A DNA stretch of 64,000 bases, taken from an uncultured Spirochaetota bacterium (GTDB lineage Bacteria; Spirochaetota; Brevinematia; Brevinematales; JAOACQ01). The notes under the pieces were generated by a model, which saw only the letters and a list, made by a program, of their open reading frames with translations, was not told where the DNA came from and searched no databases. Made by a program: the position numbers and the translations under genes. Shown piece by piece: positions 61,569-64,000 of this stretch. Numbering within the stretch: position 1 is the stretch's first letter; the number at the start of each line of letters is the position of its first letter. Location: assembly GCA_963783575.1 (NCBI GenBank), contig CAWAOD010000009.1, positions 480,001 to 544,000 of the forward strand, given 5' to 3'.

Positions 61569-62153
61569 TTAATATTTTTTAATCAGTTTTGTCAATGCTT
61601 CCCAGAAGCTCTTAAAATCATCCTTCAGGTTGGTGCCGTAATTGGAAAGCCTCCAGTGCGTTACCATAAACCGGAAAGTACCGGCAATCATATAAAAAAG
61701 AATGTCTTTTCCTATATCATTGCGTACCTCCCCTGAATTAATGCATCCGTCTATGATTTCGGTAATTACCCTTTGATTCATTGACATAATTTCATAGACT
61801 TTATTTGAAAGCCTAGAATCATTGGGAAAAAGCTCCTCGGAAAAAATTACTACCATCAATGCCGGATTATCGACGAAATCATCACATCTTGTTTTAAGAA
61901 TGCGGTAAATTTTATCAAGACCGCATATATTCTCTTTTGAAACCAAATTTAAAAGTCCTGATGCCCTGTTTTCAAAATATTCCAGTACCGACAATAGAAT
62001 ATCCGATTTACTTTTAAAATGCCGGTATATTGCCGCTTCTGAAATACCGACACTTTTTGCTATACTTTTTGTAGTCAAACTTTCAATGCCGGATTTTGCA
62101 ATTATTCTCATCGATGCTTCAACTATTTCATCCTGCCTTTTAGTGAGCCCCAT
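61569..62153 (-). CDS. TetR/AcrR family transcriptional regulator
   Basis: LTTKSIAKSVGISEAAIYRHFKSK. Confidence 0.92.
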   Translation of the reverse strand: MGLTKRQDEIVEASMRIIAKSGIESLTTKSIAKSVGISEAAIYRHFKSKSDILLSVLEYFENRASGLLNLVSKENICGLDKIYRILKTRCDDFVDNPALMVVIFSEELFPNDSRLSNKVYEIMSMNQRVITEIIDGCINSGEVRNDIGKDILFYMIAGTFRFMVTHWRLSNYGTNLKDDFKSFWEALTKLIKKY

Positions 62154-62164
62154 AATGACTCCTA

Positions 62165-63297
62165 GTGCTTAAATGCGTAAGTTAACGATAGTATTTCTTA
62201 ATTGAGAACCTTTCACTTCCCGTTTTCTCCACACAAAAGGTTTTGCGGTTTCAGTGTATGCTTTAACAAATGCATCTATTGCTTCTCTCAATTCTTCCGT
62301 GTTTTTAAAACTGGCGCCTCTAAGAGCTTTTCGGCTCATAATACCAAACCATATTTCCACCTGATTTAACCAACTTGCCGAAGTAGGCGTGTAATGAAAA
62401 AAAACATTCTTATTCCGGGATAACCATTCATCGTTCTTTTTGTGAATACAATAATTGTCTAAAATTACATGAATTTCTTTATCTTTTGAAACATCTACCA
62501 CCACTCTATCCATAAACTCAAGAAATTCAATACGTCTTTTGTATTCAGTAGTTTGGGTGTGTATTAACCCTGTAGCTACTTCCAGCGCAGCAAATAGGTT
62601 CAGCGTTCCATTTCTTTTATATGTACTTTTGTATCCTCTTACAATTTTTCCATTATCCGTCTCTACATAGCCGGTTGTCCTTTCCAACGCTTGAATACCA
62701 GGTTTTTCGTCTACAGATATAACCAATGCATTCATCGGCGGATTTAAATACAACCCAATAATATTTGTGGCTTTTGTCGAAAATTCAGGATCAGTGCTGA
62801 CACACCAACTTCGCTGTCGGGATAAGCAAATTCCTTCTTTTCTTAAAACCCTCCATACCGCATGCGTTGATGTGTTTAAATGTTTTGCTAAAGCCGGACC
62901 ATCCCAAATTGCCTGCCCGATAGGCGGTGTTTTTTCCAGAGTTTCTAAAACTTTGTCCCTGAAATTCTGCCCATATATTTTTGGCTTTCCTGACCTGGGC
63001 AGATCATACAATCCATCAATTCCTTTTTGCTGAAATCTTTTTTTCCAATCAATAACCGTATTTGGTCTTATGTGAAGGTCAGCCGCAATCTCAGATACAT
63101 TTTGTCCTTTCAGGCTATTGACAATTATTTTCGCCCTCTCTACAAGTCGCGCTTCCATAGTTCGGCTTCTCACCCAACTATCAAGAATAATTTCATCCGC
63201 TTTGGTGCATGTTATAACTTGCGTTTTCTTAGACATACAACCTCCTTTTTTATGTCTAAGATTATAATTAATAACGCTTATTATTGCAATTAAGCAC
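62165..63297 (-). mobile_element. IS630-family insertion sequence, copy 2 (1133 bp)
   Basis: Near-identical to copy 1; TA/CTAG flanks; one substitution in the left IR (AAAT vs AATT). Confidence 0.93.
62169..63236 (-). CDS. IS630-family transposase
   Basis: Same protein as 52012-53079 except the last residue. Confidence 0.95.
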   Translation of the reverse strand: MSKKTQVITCTKADEIILDSWVRSRTMEARLVERAKIIVNSLKGQNVSEIAADLHIRPNTVIDWKKRFQQKGIDGLYDLPRSGKPKIYGQNFRDKVLETLEKTPPIGQAIWDGPALAKHLNTSTHAVWRVLRKEGICLSRQRSWCVSTDPEFSTKATNIIGLYLNPPMNALVISVDEKPGIQALERTTGYVETDNGKIVRGYKSTYKRNGTLNLFAALEVATGLIHTQTTEYKRRIEFLEFMDRVVVDVSKDKEIHVILDNYCIHKKNDEWLSRNKNVFFHYTPTSASWLNQVEIWFGIMSRKALRGASFKNTEELREAIDAFVKAYTETAKPFVWRKREVKGSQLRNTIVNLRI

Positions 63298-63304
63298 TAG
63301 CAAT

Positions 63305-63355
63305 GTTAGTAAATGTTCACTTACATAATATACTAAACAAATAGTGATTCGTCAA
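63305..63355 (-). promoter_or_regulatory. Native tetR promoter and operator, displaced by IS630
   Basis: Minus strand TTGACG-N17-TATATT (63355-63327); imperfect palindrome GTTAGTAAATGTTCACTTAC (63305-63324). Confidence 0.6.
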
Positions 63356-63577
63356 GTTTTCCCTTTTATAAAGTTTAACCGGAATATTTCTATAATTTAT
63401 AATTACTTGTAATAATTATAATATTTGACATAATTACTTATATTTATCATAAATTGCATCTTTTTTTATCAAAATAATATTATAAAAATAGGAAATGATG
63501 GGACAAAGCACTTAAAATCAATTTGATTTTTTAAGATAAATGCATTATATTTTAAAGAAATTATTGGAGGTATTTTT

Positions 63578-64000
63578 ATGAAAATCAGGATTAAATGGGC
63601 TCTATTTCTGGCGGTTTTCCTCTTTACTACCGGAGGTGTGATATTCATTTCCTATAATGGAATATTTTCAAAAAGTCTGAATTTTGAAACTAATAATACA
63701 CAAGTCGCGAATATCGATGGTATGGACATTGCGGTTAAGCTTCAGAATGTTTACAGGAATATCGCAAAATCGGTAATGCCGGCTGTGGTAAGTATTAATG
63801 TTGAAAGTGTTCAGGTTGTACAGAATCCTTACAGCCAGTTTTTTAACGATCCTTTTTTCAGACAGTTTTTCGGAGACCAGGGCGGCGGAGGAAATAATAT
63901 GCCGAAGGAATTCAAGCAGAAACTACAGGCTCTTGGATCCGGTTTTATAATAACAAAAGACGGGTACCTGTTCAGCAACGCTCACGTCGTGAAAGATGCA
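63578..64000 (+). CDS. DegP/DegQ (HtrA) serine protease, 3'-truncated by the window
   Basis: N-terminal TM, PAVVSI, DPFFRQFFG, LGSGFIITKDGYLFSNAHVV; RBS GGAGG. Confidence 0.92.
   Translation, partial: MKIRIKWALFLAVFLFTTGGVIFISYNGIFSKSLNFETNNTQVANIDGMDIAVKLQNVYRNIAKSVMPAVVSINVESVQVVQNPYSQFFNDPFFRQFFGDQGGGGNNMPKEFKQKLQALGSGFIITKDGYLFSNAHVVKDA

Noticed and set aside
242..63293. Short antisense or overlapping ORFs in the track (e.g. 1548-1898, 18177-18770, 27167-27583, 52610-52876, 56560-56979)
   Set aside because: They lie opposite or inside well-supported genes and show no recognisable motifs
1..64000. CRISPR array, cas genes, rRNA, prophage
   Set aside because: No regularly spaced 25-45 bp repeats with unique spacers and no recognisable cas, rRNA or phage structural genes

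Overview
AT-rich bacterial chromosome segment, most likely from an anaerobic spirochaete (inferred from the flgN-flgK-flgL-fliW-csrA block and a spirochaete-style lipoprotein). Main contents: (1) a complete mercury-methylation locus, marR-hgcA-hgcB, with a near-consensus sigma70 promoter overlapped by two palindromic operators, divergent from rluD, a degenerate serB-like gene and fhs; (2) c-di-GMP signalling genes, an NAD salvage operon (pncB-pncA-Nudix), a GH1 beta-glucosidase, flagellar hook-junction genes, dxr, mtnA, pyrC, ldhA and a partial degP; (3) a spermidine synthase fused to two tandem AdoMet-decarboxylase-like domains whose catalytic residues appear split between the copies, as in the eukaryotic enzyme; (4) a four-helix-bundle gene with 7-bp repeat flanks between flgK and flgL, disrupted by an IS1182-family element; (5) a LytTR regulatory operon containing a membrane-anchored cobalamin radical SAM enzyme; (6) a roughly 8-kb IS-rich accessory region (50.1-57.9 kb) resembling a decayed integron cassette array with no integrase in view. 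There are five IS copies (two IS630-family, three IS1182-family, one internally deleted) and one tRNA-Ala(CGC). More than ten 1-2 bp frameshifts suggest assembly indel error, local decay, or both. All calls come from motif recognition by eye; no searches were run.
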